Below are positions 12,101-23,365 of a stretch of DNA of 64,000 nucleotides, in pieces. The translations under genes were made by a program, and so were the position numbers. The notes beneath the pieces were generated by a model, which had not been told where the DNA came from, made no database searches, and saw only the letters and a program-made list of their open reading frames with translations. The DNA is from Trichosphaerium sp. ATCC 40318 (lineage: Eukaryota > Protista > Tubulinea). How positions within the stretch are numbered: position 1 is the stretch's first letter; the number at the start of each line of letters is the position of its first letter. The DNA lies in the NCBI GenBank assembly GCA_038496445.1, contig JALMLS010000213.1, positions 186,001 to 250,000 of the forward strand. The letters run 5' to 3'.

Positions 12101-13932
12101 ATGGCTGTACTGCCTGTCAATGTTCCAGTGTTGGAAGTTCAAAACTGGGCAGGAACGATCATACCATCTCAGGTACAAAAACTATTTTATTCTTTAGTTT
12201 CGTGACTTTCGTTAGATAAACCCATCCCGACTGTCTAATGAAGAAGGCGATTATAATCTATTCTTTGAAGTGAAAGTATATGGCATGGGATTCGAAACGT
12301 ATTTTGTCACAAGGCCAACAACAAGTTCATCATCTCCAACAGTGCCAATTGTTCCAACTGTTCCATTCAACATGGAAAATGACTACATGTCCATTAAAAT
12401 ATCAACAACTAAAATAATAGAAGGAATAACAATAAAACCATCATTTACTATCTCTGCTTTTCAACTGGTACGTCAAGTATAGTTTGGCCATATCTGCTTC
12501 TAACACTTTATTTACATAGCCTTGGCTATATAATTCAACTACAACTGGTCCTCAAAAGGGAGGTGCTTATATATTCATACCCACGGGCGAGGCTACCCAC
12601 ACTTTTATCAAGTCTATAAATCTTGAACTAGTAAAAGGTCCACTAGTCACAGAATTATATCAAGTGCGTCATACCAATCTCAACATTTTTCATTTGAAAG
12701 TAGCTTTTTTTTCTTTGGTACTTGCATTTAACTTCGTTTATTTACCTTCATCTAGGAATTTACGAGTATTGGAGGCTCAACTTTTTACTATCAAGTTATA
12801 AGACTGTATTCAGGGAACTCCAACATTGAAAAGTATTTTGATATCCTTCATCAGGTTGGTGTTATCCCCATAAACACAGACGTCATCACAAGATGGCAAA
12901 CAAATATTGGTTCCAAGAATTTCTTGTACACAGATGATAATGCTTATGCCAAACAGAAAAGAGTTCGTGTTGATAGTACATCTCCTTATTATCCAGGAAA
13001 CTATTGGCCTTCAGTTTATTATTCTTATATTGAAACTTATTTCCCCACAACGCCACAAGCTAGACTTACGGTACAATTTAAATAGGTTGAAGCTATTTTG
13101 CTCATCAATAATGTTTCTTGTCAGGTTGTTCATGACTACACTCATGGAGCTGGGACATTTTCATCAGGAGCAATGGAACTCATGATGCATAGACGAACAA
13201 GTACAGATGATGGTAGGGGACTTAATCAAGCTTTGGATGATACTCATGTGGTCCACCCTAAACATCGTGTCATGTTGAATGAGATTGGTGATACAAGTAC
13301 GTACTATCACGTGTTTTTACGTGTACTTTGAAACTTGACTATATCGTGTGTAATTGTGAATAGGTAGCTCTGATCAAGATGAAGAACGAATAAAGCAAAT
13401 GTACAGACTTAACTTTCCTCTTTCCTATTATTACGGTAAACCAACTAGTCCAATCTTTCTTTGGAAATCAAAATATAGAGGTTCTTTCCAACCAATAGGA
13501 GGTACAGACATCTCTTTTACATAAACTCATGCTTATCTATACACCTAGTCATTCCTAGAAACGTTCATGTCCTTTCGTTATCACTTATCACTGTGACTAC
13601 AACTAACTTACGGTTCATTGTCAGGCATGTTCACATTACTTGGTTGTGTTTTTAGTAGTTCACATTATTCAAACAGCTGGACCTTACTTTCATTGTAGAT
13701 TACAACATTTATACGGTGCAAATGAATTTCCAATTCACTATGCACAGCCTGTAACTATCGATATAAGGAGCGTGTTACCATTTACGGTGTTGCCTTCAGA
13801 CATTGTTGAAATGACATTGACAGGAAATGAAGTTGTAAATCCTAGTCCAGGATTCATGATAACCTTGACACCCAAGCAAATTCGTACATTCTATGTAACT
13901 ACCACTTATCAAACAGGATAGAATAAACACAA
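9180..13932 (+). repeat. Segmental duplication unit 1 (pairs with ~18480-23226)
   Basis: Shared promoter block 'atttaaacaaactcggactaaatatcttg' and colinear exons/introns through 'tagaataaaca' after the stop codon. Confidence 0.9.
9408..13921 (+). CDS. Lysosomal-type alpha-mannosidase (GH38) with N-terminal MRH-like domain, copy 1
   Basis: Signal peptide MRLILFFLLFGLCKTAC; GH38 motifs HSHDDVGW, GGWSMEDEA, WQIDPFG (nucleophile), WGCDF (acid/base), HHDAVTGT, GAYIF, HRRTSTDDGRG, LTPKQIRTF; many short introns. Confidence 0.93.
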
Positions 13933-14829
13933 TGTTTCCCTTTATCTATTTATTATTTAAGAACAAAGGCCATGTCTAAAGAGCCTGTGCCGAAGGGAGC
14001 TTGTCGGTAGATATTGATTGTGTTTCGGCTTAAAAACGGATGTACACATTAACAGTTATGAAGTACTCATCTACATTCCCTAAATACGTCTTCTATACTA
14101 TCCTGCATTGATTACAATAGACACGGCTTGAAAGCCATACGTGTTAACATAGCTCCAAGCAAAAATCGTAACATTAAATTTTTGTGTACTTTCTGTTTTT
14201 GTTCAGGTTGCTTCGAAAGGTGCTAATGGAACGGCTTTGTAAAAACGTTCCCCGACAATACAATTTTCAGTAAGTCACAAATGATTACAAAATGCCATAT
14301 TGTATTGAAACAGTTGAGAGACATACACACCAATGGCTTTGTTTCCCAGCGAGTAAAAACGTGTTTATGTTCATGAATTCGTTGAATTACCGCATTTAAG
14401 GTGTACTTTGATATTCTGCTTATGATTAGACATTGGCGACTGCTCAAAGTACAGGAAAGAGGAGCTAATTAAATATTTTGAGAATATGAGTGATTCATGC
14501 GTGACTCCTTATGGCGCCATAGCCACGTTTTTATAATACCAGTGGTCCCAGAACTATCCTTGAAGCAATATGGAAGGTTTTGTAACTATTGTAGTTTTTG
14601 ATTGGTTATTGGAGGTTCAGGAAATCTTCGGAGACTTTCGGTCACACCACACGCTGTAGCTATAACTCTTTGATCGATTTATTGGCAATAGGCGTCGTGA
14701 ACTTTTCGTGTATGACGCAATAAGTGTCTCAAGAAAATCACGTGAAAAGGCAAGGTGATCCTTACAGTCATAAACATTAACAACCTACACAATCAACAAC
14801 AACTCCACTAGAACAAACAAACCAACAAC

Positions 14830-15363
14830 ATGGGTAAATCTAAACTTGCAATCGAAACTCAACTTCTTGAACTTGCCAAAGCCGAATACAAAAAGATGAG
14901 CGATAAACAAAAGGAAAAGCACTCTAAACCTAAAAAATGCAGTGTTTCAAAGAACTTTGTTATAAAGATAAATAGAAAAAGACGAGCAGAGGAGGACAAT
15001 AAGCATCAGGATACATATACTGCTTGTACTTGTTTGGCTGTATACGCAACAAAGACAACAACATATGTTATTGTTACGAATGATTTCTTCAAGAGTGGCG
15101 ATGGGAACAAGCATGAAAGGCTGTTTGCTTATGCCAAGCAACAATCTTGGATCAAGAAGAACACTGAGGAATGGCAAGTCAGCGGATGGACAATCAGCAC
15201 CAGCAATAGAAAGGCGTTCAAGTCTGTTTTTAACAATGCTATAAATGCACGTCGTAGAAGCCCAAGAGCATATATGAGCGTTTTTGAGCAAGAGTTGCTC
15301 GGTAATTGCTTTGGTAAAAACAGGACCGCAGAGGTACTGACGGATAAAAAGAAAATTCCTTAG
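14830..15363 (+). CDS. Intronless basic orphan protein, 177 aa
   Basis: Uninterrupted ORF with ATG preceded by a CAA-rich leader like that of the ubiquitin gene; AATAAA ~30 nt after the stop; no recognisable domain. Confidence 0.65.
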   Translation: MGKSKLAIETQLLELAKAEYKKMSDKQKEKHSKPKKCSVSKNFVIKINRKRRAEEDNKHQDTYTACTCLAVYATKTTTYVIVTNDFFKSGDGNKHERLFAYAKQQSWIKKNTEEWQVSGWTISTSNRKAFKSVFNNAINARRRSPRAYMSVFEQELLGNCFGKNRTAEVLTDKKKIP

Positions 15364-16303
15364 AACCAACAACGAAGACCACGCAATTTGTAGAAATAAA
15401 ATAGTTTGAAATGACAAAGCAACTTGATCTATGATTTAGTGGTTCCTAATGCTGGTTTGTGTTGCGGTGTACATCGTATGTATTTACTTCCTAGGGACAC
15501 TCATTGCTTTGTAGATGAACAAGCTACAAATTTACGTTAACCATGTAGAGTGAGTTTGTCCTGCGTGTACCCGACCATTCCGGTGTTAACTACTTGATCA
15601 AGAAACAAGTAGATTTATCAAACCATTGTGAACGCTTTCAAGATGTTGTTTATTGTGTAGATGTTTTTTTTTTAGCCGAAAGGCGAATATTGTAAATGTG
15701 TTTTCTGAACCAAATACACGGATATCCTGGCATCAAATTAACAGGTAAGAAAACGTACGACTTGTAATACTAGCGTAAAATACGTAACTAACGTTGCTAT
15801 TGCAAACTAGTACTCACAGGTGTAATTGAACGCGTATCAGACGGATAGTCTAATTATATCTTTATAATCTAAGGTATGCAGCATTAGAAACCTTTTCACG
15901 CCTATTTTCGCCGTAATTAGCTTGTTGGTTGTGCAAAAAACCCAATTTGTAGTAATATTATTGAATGTTCTCGTTTTGAGCTATATCAGTTGCCTTGGGC
16001 GCTCTATTTTTGTCTACGTGAACAATATTATTTTTATACGTACTACGTGAGTAGTTCGAAGAAAATCGATGGTGTTGGATTGATGGTAGATTTTTACTTT
16101 TAGCTGGGAGCTCTTTCAATAGAAACTATTTCTCAGTTAGTCAACCCATGCTAGTACTATTACCGGGCAGCGTACCACAAAAATACAAAGTTATTTTTAC
16201 TCACGTATTTGTTTGTTAATTTCTGTAAAAGCCAGCTTGTTCTATCCTTTTTTCGTAGTTCTTAATTTATTCTTCTTTTAGACTTTGGCCAAAGAAGTAA
16301 AAA

Positions 16304-17773
16304 ATGAGTTCTTTGAATATTCTGGACCTTCCCTGTGAAATACACGAGTATATTTGTACATTTGACAAAGAAATGTTTACAAAGTTCCATACTCTATCAA
16401 GAAAAGCAGCCACCAACACACATTTTGATGAATCACTTCAACGAGATGGAAGATGGATGCGATGGTATCAAAGTGGAATAATACAGGTCATTGAATGTGC
16501 GAAGGATGGTCCAGGTATAGCGTGGTATAAAACTGGACAGATAAAGGAACAATACATGATAGTTAATGGTAAACGAAACGGTGAATACAAAGAGTTTTAT
16601 CCAGGACAGCAACTGAAATCAAAATGCATGTTAGTCGATGGTAAAATGAATGGTGAACGAAGAGAGTTTCATGAAACTTACCACGGTGTTGAACCTTTAA
16701 GAATGGAGAAACAAAAAACTCACGACTTCCTTAATGAAATTGTATTTCATGAGAAGTTCCAACCTGATCCAATGCTAGAAAATTATCATAGTGGGCGCAC
16801 TCAGCGCTTATTTATGCTAGACATGTGGGTTGATGGTAAGCGACATGGTGAGGTCAAAGTGTGGCACAAAAGTGGAATGAAGGCGAAACTAACCAACTGG
16901 GTTGATGGTGTACAACATGGAGAAGCCAAATCATGGTATGGTTGGGAGCATGATGGACGTATACATACACAAGCTATGTTTGTTAATGGTAAAAAAACTG
17001 GTGAAGCCAATGAATGGTACACCAATGGACAACTAAAGGAACAAATCATTTGGGTTGACGGTGAACAAAAAGAAGGAAAAGTCTGGTATGAAAACGGTCA
17101 GCTTAAGGCACAGACAATGTGGGTTAATAGTAAACTAAGTGGTGAAGCCAAAGGGTGGTATGAAAATGGACAACTCAAGGAGCAAATAATGTGGGTTGAT
17201 GGTAAGCGAAATGGTGAGGCTAAAGAGTGGAGTGAAAATGGTGTACCTACAGTACAAACCACTTGGGTTGATGATAAAAAAAGTGGTGAAACGAAAGCGT
17301 GGTATTTAAATGGGCAGCTACAGCGGCAAAGTATGTGGGCTGATGGCGAACTAAGTGGTGATGACAAAGAGTGGTATGAAAACGGACAAATAAAAGAAGA
17401 AATCATGTGGGTTGATGGTAAACGAAATGGTGAAGCTAAAAAGTGGAGTGAAAATGGAATGCTACAGGAGCAGTCCATGTGGGTTAATGGCGATGTGAAA
17501 GAAGAAAAATACTGGTATGAAAACGGACAGCTTAAGGCAAAATATATATGGGATGATAAAAGACGTGTTGTATCCAAAACATGGAATGAAAATGGAGAAC
17601 TTGAAGTTCCAAAGATGACAGTAACAATCAATCAAAAAGCCTTGGATGCTTTAAAACCTAAGAGTATCATTTCGCTCAAATTGTTCCATGCCTTAAACAA
17701 CAATATATATTGTTGGTTCAGATACTTTGCAAGTAGGTTGTATAACTTATTCTTTTGGTCAAAGAAGAAATAA
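16304..17773 (+). CDS. F-box-like + MORN-variant (MORN_2/YwqK-type) repeat protein, intronless CDS
   Basis: N-terminal 'LNILDLPCEIHEYICTF'; many ~24-aa repeats of the form GExKxWYENGQLKEQxMWVDG. Confidence 0.88.
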   Translation: MSSLNILDLPCEIHEYICTFDKEMFTKFHTLSRKAATNTHFDESLQRDGRWMRWYQSGIIQVIECAKDGPGIAWYKTGQIKEQYMIVNGKRNGEYKEFYPGQQLKSKCMLVDGKMNGERREFHETYHGVEPLRMEKQKTHDFLNEIVFHEKFQPDPMLENYHSGRTQRLFMLDMWVDGKRHGEVKVWHKSGMKAKLTNWVDGVQHGEAKSWYGWEHDGRIHTQAMFVNGKKTGEANEWYTNGQLKEQIIWVDGEQKEGKVWYENGQLKAQTMWVNSKLSGEAKGWYENGQLKEQIMWVDGKRNGEAKEWSENGVPTVQTTWVDDKKSGETKAWYLNGQLQRQSMWADGELSGDDKEWYENGQIKEEIMWVDGKRNGEAKKWSENGMLQEQSMWVNGDVKEEKYWYENGQLKAKYIWDDKRRVVSKTWNENGELEVPKMTVTINQKALDALKPKSIISLKLFHALNNNIYCWFRYFASRLYNLFFWSKKK

Positions 17774-18430
17774 AGTCGATGTATAAATAAAAAACTGTTT
17801 TTATTCATTCTGTGATTTTTAGCCTTGTTGTCCAACGTTATTACCTGATTGCCAAATACTTGCACTACTTGTAAACAAACCTTAGTATAGCAACATATCA
17901 CAAGGCGGTATGTCTAGAGACCTCAGTGCAACATACATTGATAGTAATTGTTTTTTCATTATATCTTTTCTTCATTAAAATCTATGTGATAATTAGTGTC
18001 ATTAGAAATGAGAAACAAACATACAGCTAGTTCTAAGAATGTACATAGTATACTAGCAAGCTTTCTTCGCATGTGAATATCAACAAGAGCTTTAACATTT
18101 GCTATGATGTCATACGTAGGTAGATCAAATGTAACAGTAACAAATTACAACATACCTATGTTCACCAACCGTCCCAAAAAATAAAGGCTAGCGATAATAC
18201 TTTCAGGTCAAATCCACAGCTCTATTCAATCTTCTAATGTTTTACCACGCCTTGAAAATACTGGCTTTAAAAGCGAAGTAAAACGTAAGGCCTGGTAAAT
18301 GTCTGCAAATGCTTTGGCTGTTTTTTAAGTAATTTACCTGAGTGATCTTGGTACAATTCAGATTCATTGAACTTCAAAATTCTATCTTACTAACAGTTAA
18401 AACTGGTGACTTAATGCGATTCAATATTGC

Positions 18431-18440
18431 GTCACGTGAC
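18431..18440. promoter_or_regulatory. Palindromic GTCACGTGAC E-box (CLEAR/Cbf1-type) upstream of mannosidase copy 2
   Basis: Exact GTCACGTGAC ~310 nt upstream of ATG; both copies also carry TCACGTGA 6 nt upstream of the ATG (9394-9401, 18736-18743). Function inferred only. Confidence 0.4.
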
Positions 18441-18479
18441 ACAAAACGTGAAGTGGCCAATTGTAATTTTTATCTACTT

Positions 18480-21400
18480 GCTCGTGTTTGTAAAAAAGAA
18501 GGTAGGGTAGCACAATTTAAACAAACTCGGACTAAATATCTTGTATTTGTCCGAGAAAAAAGTGAACTCACGCACAATACATGATTCGAGATGAGTTGTT
18601 AGCTCTCAGATTCGACCACATGCTGTATTGAAAAGTTTAAATTGTGATTAGGAAGCGGCTTTATTTATTCTCCTTATTGTGATTCTATATAAATGAAAAT
18701 TCCAAAAAAAATAGTTTCATCACCTAAAAGCAGCATCACGTGATATTTGATGAGGCTTATATTGTTCTTTCTACTCTTCGGATTGTGTAAAACCGCATGT
18801 TTGGTTACCATAGGCGATAGATCACTTGATTTGTCTTCGCTAAGGTAAGAGTAATCATATTTGTGTTGATCATGTTTTTTTATCTAACTCAACCTGGTTT
18901 AATTATTTTTTAGAGACGTATCTAGCACGCATGAAGGGCATACCTATACTTTAAATCTCTGTAATGATCTACAAATAAGTTCTGAAAATCATAAACAATC
19001 ATTTTCTGTAGTACACAACAACTCGGTATGTCACTCAAACGTAGCAGGTTCTTACGTATTCTTAAAAGGGAAAAACTGATGTACTTGGGAACTATTATGA
19101 AACTTCACAGGAACTTCTTGATGACGGCAGTACTATTAAAACAAAAATGAATCCACATCAAATTTATTGTTAGGTGACTTACTTCATTTCACTTTTACAA
19201 ACGGCGACTTGTGTGTCAAAGGAGGTCGTAGACATGCTGAGCTTTTCTTGATATGTGGTCAATCGCATGTATTCGAAGTTCTGTGGGAGGATAAACCAAC
19301 AGAATGCCACCATCAAATAACTGTACCTCTTTTTTTTATTTCTTTTTTTTTGAGATGTTTAACCAGTTTTATTAAGGCTGTGTCGTATGAAGCTTGTCCT
19401 GAACGCATTCACAGCCCCCTAGATAAAAAACAAATAATATATATTAATACTTTTGTGCACATTGTACCACATACTCACAATGATGTTGGTTGGATTAATA
19501 CTTTTGACGTACAATTAATCTTTTTTTTCTTCCTAATCAGAAAATGAAACTCATACCTCGTCGGTTTTTTCTAACACGTTGATTGTAGGGATACTATGAA
19601 GATTCAGTTCGCCACATACTCAATTCAGTAGTATCAGCCCTAGAAAATAAACCAAATAGAAAATTCATCTACGTTGAACAGTAAGTCCGCCTCTAGCGTA
19701 GTTTGTTTAACAGTTTGGGGTAATGCTGTTATTTTCAGAGCCTATTTTCACAAGTGGTGGACAGATTCTCGCACCAAGAATGCTCAAAGAGCCCTTTGGA
19801 AACAATACTTGGCTAATGGGCAAGTTGAGTTTGCGGTGGGAGGATGGAGTATGGAGGATGAAGCTTGTACAACGTATTCTGCTGATATTATAAATGTGCG
19901 TTCGAACACAAAGAAATAGTCGTTTACTTATGCTTGATAGATGGCTGTTGGACACCGCTTTATTGTTGACACGTTTGGAGCTCAATACGCACCGAAACAT
20001 GGATGGCAAATAGATCCTTTTGGTGCATCAACACCTCAAGCAGGACTCGAGAAACTAATGGGATTTAAAGCTCACGTGATTCAACGTATTCCATACTTGG
20101 AAAAAGTACTCGTTTTTTGTTGTATCGCTTACTTTTTCCTAACACTTATTGTTTTAAGGACGATATGAAAAATTCAAAAACACTTGAGTTTTTTTGGGAT
20201 AATAACCCTGATCAACCTATTCAGGAGATATTCACTCACACTCTTGCTTTCAACTATTGTCATTTATACGATAATCTAAAACTTATAACAAACGTTACAG
20301 CCAGTAATGTTAAGTCTGTATCAGATAACCTATATGGCTTGATTACAACCCTCGCATCCTATTATGCGTAAGATGTATTACTACAGTATTAGTTTTAACC
20401 TAAGTCTGTAGTACAAAGAATGTTCTCATGCCTTGGGGATGTGATTTTTCTTTCAGCTCGCTTGCTAATCGAAGTGCAATACAGCAGTTTGATCAAATGG
20501 ATAAGGTTTTAGCTTATATGAACCAATACCCAGAAACTTATCCAGTGTACATAACGTATAACATATTTGATACCATTGCTTACTTGTATTTATAGATCAA
20601 TACAATACAGCACTTTGAAGGACTATTTTACAGCCCCAAGTATCGCAAACTCATCCACATTTGCGACAAGAAACGACACAGACTTCTTTCCGTACATTGA
20701 TAGAGCAGACTCATACTGGACGGTAATATTATTGTTTTTGGATTATTCAATACTATTGTGTACAAAAAAACTAAGAATTGTTCTAGGGTTTCTACACATC
20801 AAAGCCATTCATCAAAACAATGGTTCGACGAAGTGAATATATTAACAGAGCTTCTGAAATAGCGTAAGCTGTATTTATTACTTGTTTTTATGTTTGACAC
20901 TCACTTCTAGAGTGTCGACACAAAATGGACAAGCTGATGTATCTTTGGGCAGAACACATTACACAAACAATCTCAAGACACTTAACATATCTCGAGCAGT
21001 ACGTTTTCTATCATCATAATACATGCGATACAATAGTACCTAACTGATAGCACTCAGGGTATTGGTGTTGTTGAACATCATGATGCTGTTACTGGAACCG
21101 AGAGATGGGATGTTGCTGTCAACTACTCCAGAATGTAAGATTATCAGCGCATAGTTTTTCTAACTTTATTTAAGCCTGTTTGCTGCGAATGAAGGATGTC
21201 ACAATACTACTGCGGAATCCCTGGCGTATTTGTTAGGGAATACTGGGGGTGCATTCCCACCGCCTGTATTAACAAACTACACAACAGACTTACTAAACAT
21301 TCAGCCAGGACAAGTAAGTGAAAGCTGTTCCTAGAATTGTTTTATGTCAAAGATCTATTAACGATTTGTTTAGACAATACCTGTGATTATTCACAATAGT

Positions 21401-23226
21401 CTTGGTTGGACAAGAGATGACATGGCTGTACTGCCTGTCAATGTTCCAGTGTTGGAAGTTCAAAACTGGGCAGGAACGATCATACCATCTCAGGTACAAA
21501 AACTATTTTATTCTTTAGTTTCGAAATCACGTGACTTTCGTTAGATAAACCCATCCCGACTGTCTAATGAAGAAGGCGATTATAATCTATTCTTTGAAGT
21601 GAAAGTATATGGCATGGGATTCGAAACATATTTCGTCACAAGGCCAACAACAAGTTCATCATCTCCAACAGTGCCAATTGTTCCAACTGTTCCATTCAAC
21701 ATGGAAAACGACTACATGTCCATTAAAATATCAACAACTAAAATAATAGAAGGAATAACGATAAAACCGTCATTTACTATCTCTGCTGTTCAACTGGTAC
21801 GTCGAGTATAGTTTGGCCATACATGCCTCTAAAACTTTGTATAGCCTTGGCTATATAATTCAACTACATATGGTATTCAAAAGTCAGGTGCTTATATATT
21901 TAATCCTACAGGAGCCGCTTCCAAATTTGTTCACTCCGTAAATATTGAACTAGTAAAAGGTCCACTAGTCACAGAATTATATCAAGTGCGTCATACCAAT
22001 CCACAACAGCACCTTTGAATTCATCATAAGATTTATTTACCTTCATCTAGGAATTTACCAGCATTGGAGGTCCAACTTTTTACTATCAAGTTATAAGACT
22101 GTATTCAGGGAACTCCGACATTGAAAAGTATTTTGATATCCTTCATCAGGTTGGTGTTATCCCCATAGACACAGACATCATCACAAGATGGCAAACAAAT
22201 ATTGATTCCAAGAATTTCTTGTACACAGATGACAATGCTTATGCCAAACAGAAAAGAGTTCGTGTTGATAGTACATCTCCTTATTATCCAGGAAACTATT
22301 GGCCTTCAGTTTATTATTCTTATATTGAAGCTTATTTACCTACAACGTTACAAGCTAGACTTACGGTACAGTTTATAACTTGGAGTTTATCTACATTTCT
22401 AAATACAGTTTCCTTGTCAGGTTGTTCATGACTACACTCATGGAGCTGGGACATTTTCATCAGGAGCAATGGAACTCATGATGCATAGACGAACAAGTAC
22501 AGATGACAATAGAGGACTTAAACAAGCTTTAGATGACACTCATGTGGTCCACCCTAAACATCGTGTAATGTTGAATGAGATTGGTGATAAAAGTACGTAC
22601 TATCACGTTGTTTAAACGTACTTTGAAATTTGAGTATATTTTGTGTAATTATGAATAGGTAGCTCTGATCAAGATGAAGAACGAATAAAGCAAATGTACA
22701 GACTTAACTTTCCTCTTTCTTATTATTACGGTAAACCAGACGTGATGAGTGTTTGGAAGTCAAAATATAGAGGTTCTTTCCAACCAATAGGAGGTACAAA
22801 CATCTTTTACATAAACTCATGCTTATCTATCTACACCTAGTCATTCCTAGAAACGTTCATGTCCTTTCGTTATCACTTATCACTGTGACTAGAACTAACT
22901 TACGGTTCATTGTCAGGCATGTTCACATTACTTGGTTGTGTTTTTAGTAGTTCACAATTATTCAAACAGCTGGACCTTACTCTTTCATTGTAGATTACAA
23001 CATTTATACGGCTCTGATGAATTTCCAATTCACTATGCACAGCCTGTAACTATCGATATACAAAGTGTGTTACCGTTTACTATAGGAGTTTCAGACATTG
23101 TTGAAATGACATTGACAGGAAATGAAGTTGTAAATCCTAGTCCAGGATTCATGATAACCTTGACACCCAAGCAAATTCGTACATTCTATGTAACTACCAC
23201 TTATAAAACAGGATAGAATAAACAAT
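18480..23226 (+). repeat. Segmental duplication unit 2 (pairs with ~9180-13932)
   Basis: Colinear, in long stretches near-identical sequence including introns. Confidence 0.9.
18750..23216 (+). CDS. Lysosomal-type alpha-mannosidase (GH38) with N-terminal MRH-like domain, copy 2
   Basis: Same exon structure as copy 1; HTHNDVGW, WQIDPFG, WGCDF, HHDAVTGT intact. Confidence 0.93.
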
Positions 23227-23365
23227 ATTTGATCACTTTAACAATTGTGTAAGCTTGTCTAAGAGCTAAATACGTGGTACAAAAAATATTTATTTAATAA
23301 AAGTACATCTTAGTTTTTTTTTTCAAAAGACATCATTATACCCCGTTTTGGGGTGTGTGGAGTTG

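Noticed and set aside
15674-15690. gccgaaaggcgaa resembling hammerhead ribozyme stem II
   Set aside because: No upstream CUGAnGA core and no stems I/III; it is preceded by a poly-T run
17098-17631. Antisense ORFs over the MORN genes (also 47963-48364)
   Set aside because: Shadow ORFs produced by repetitive coding sequence
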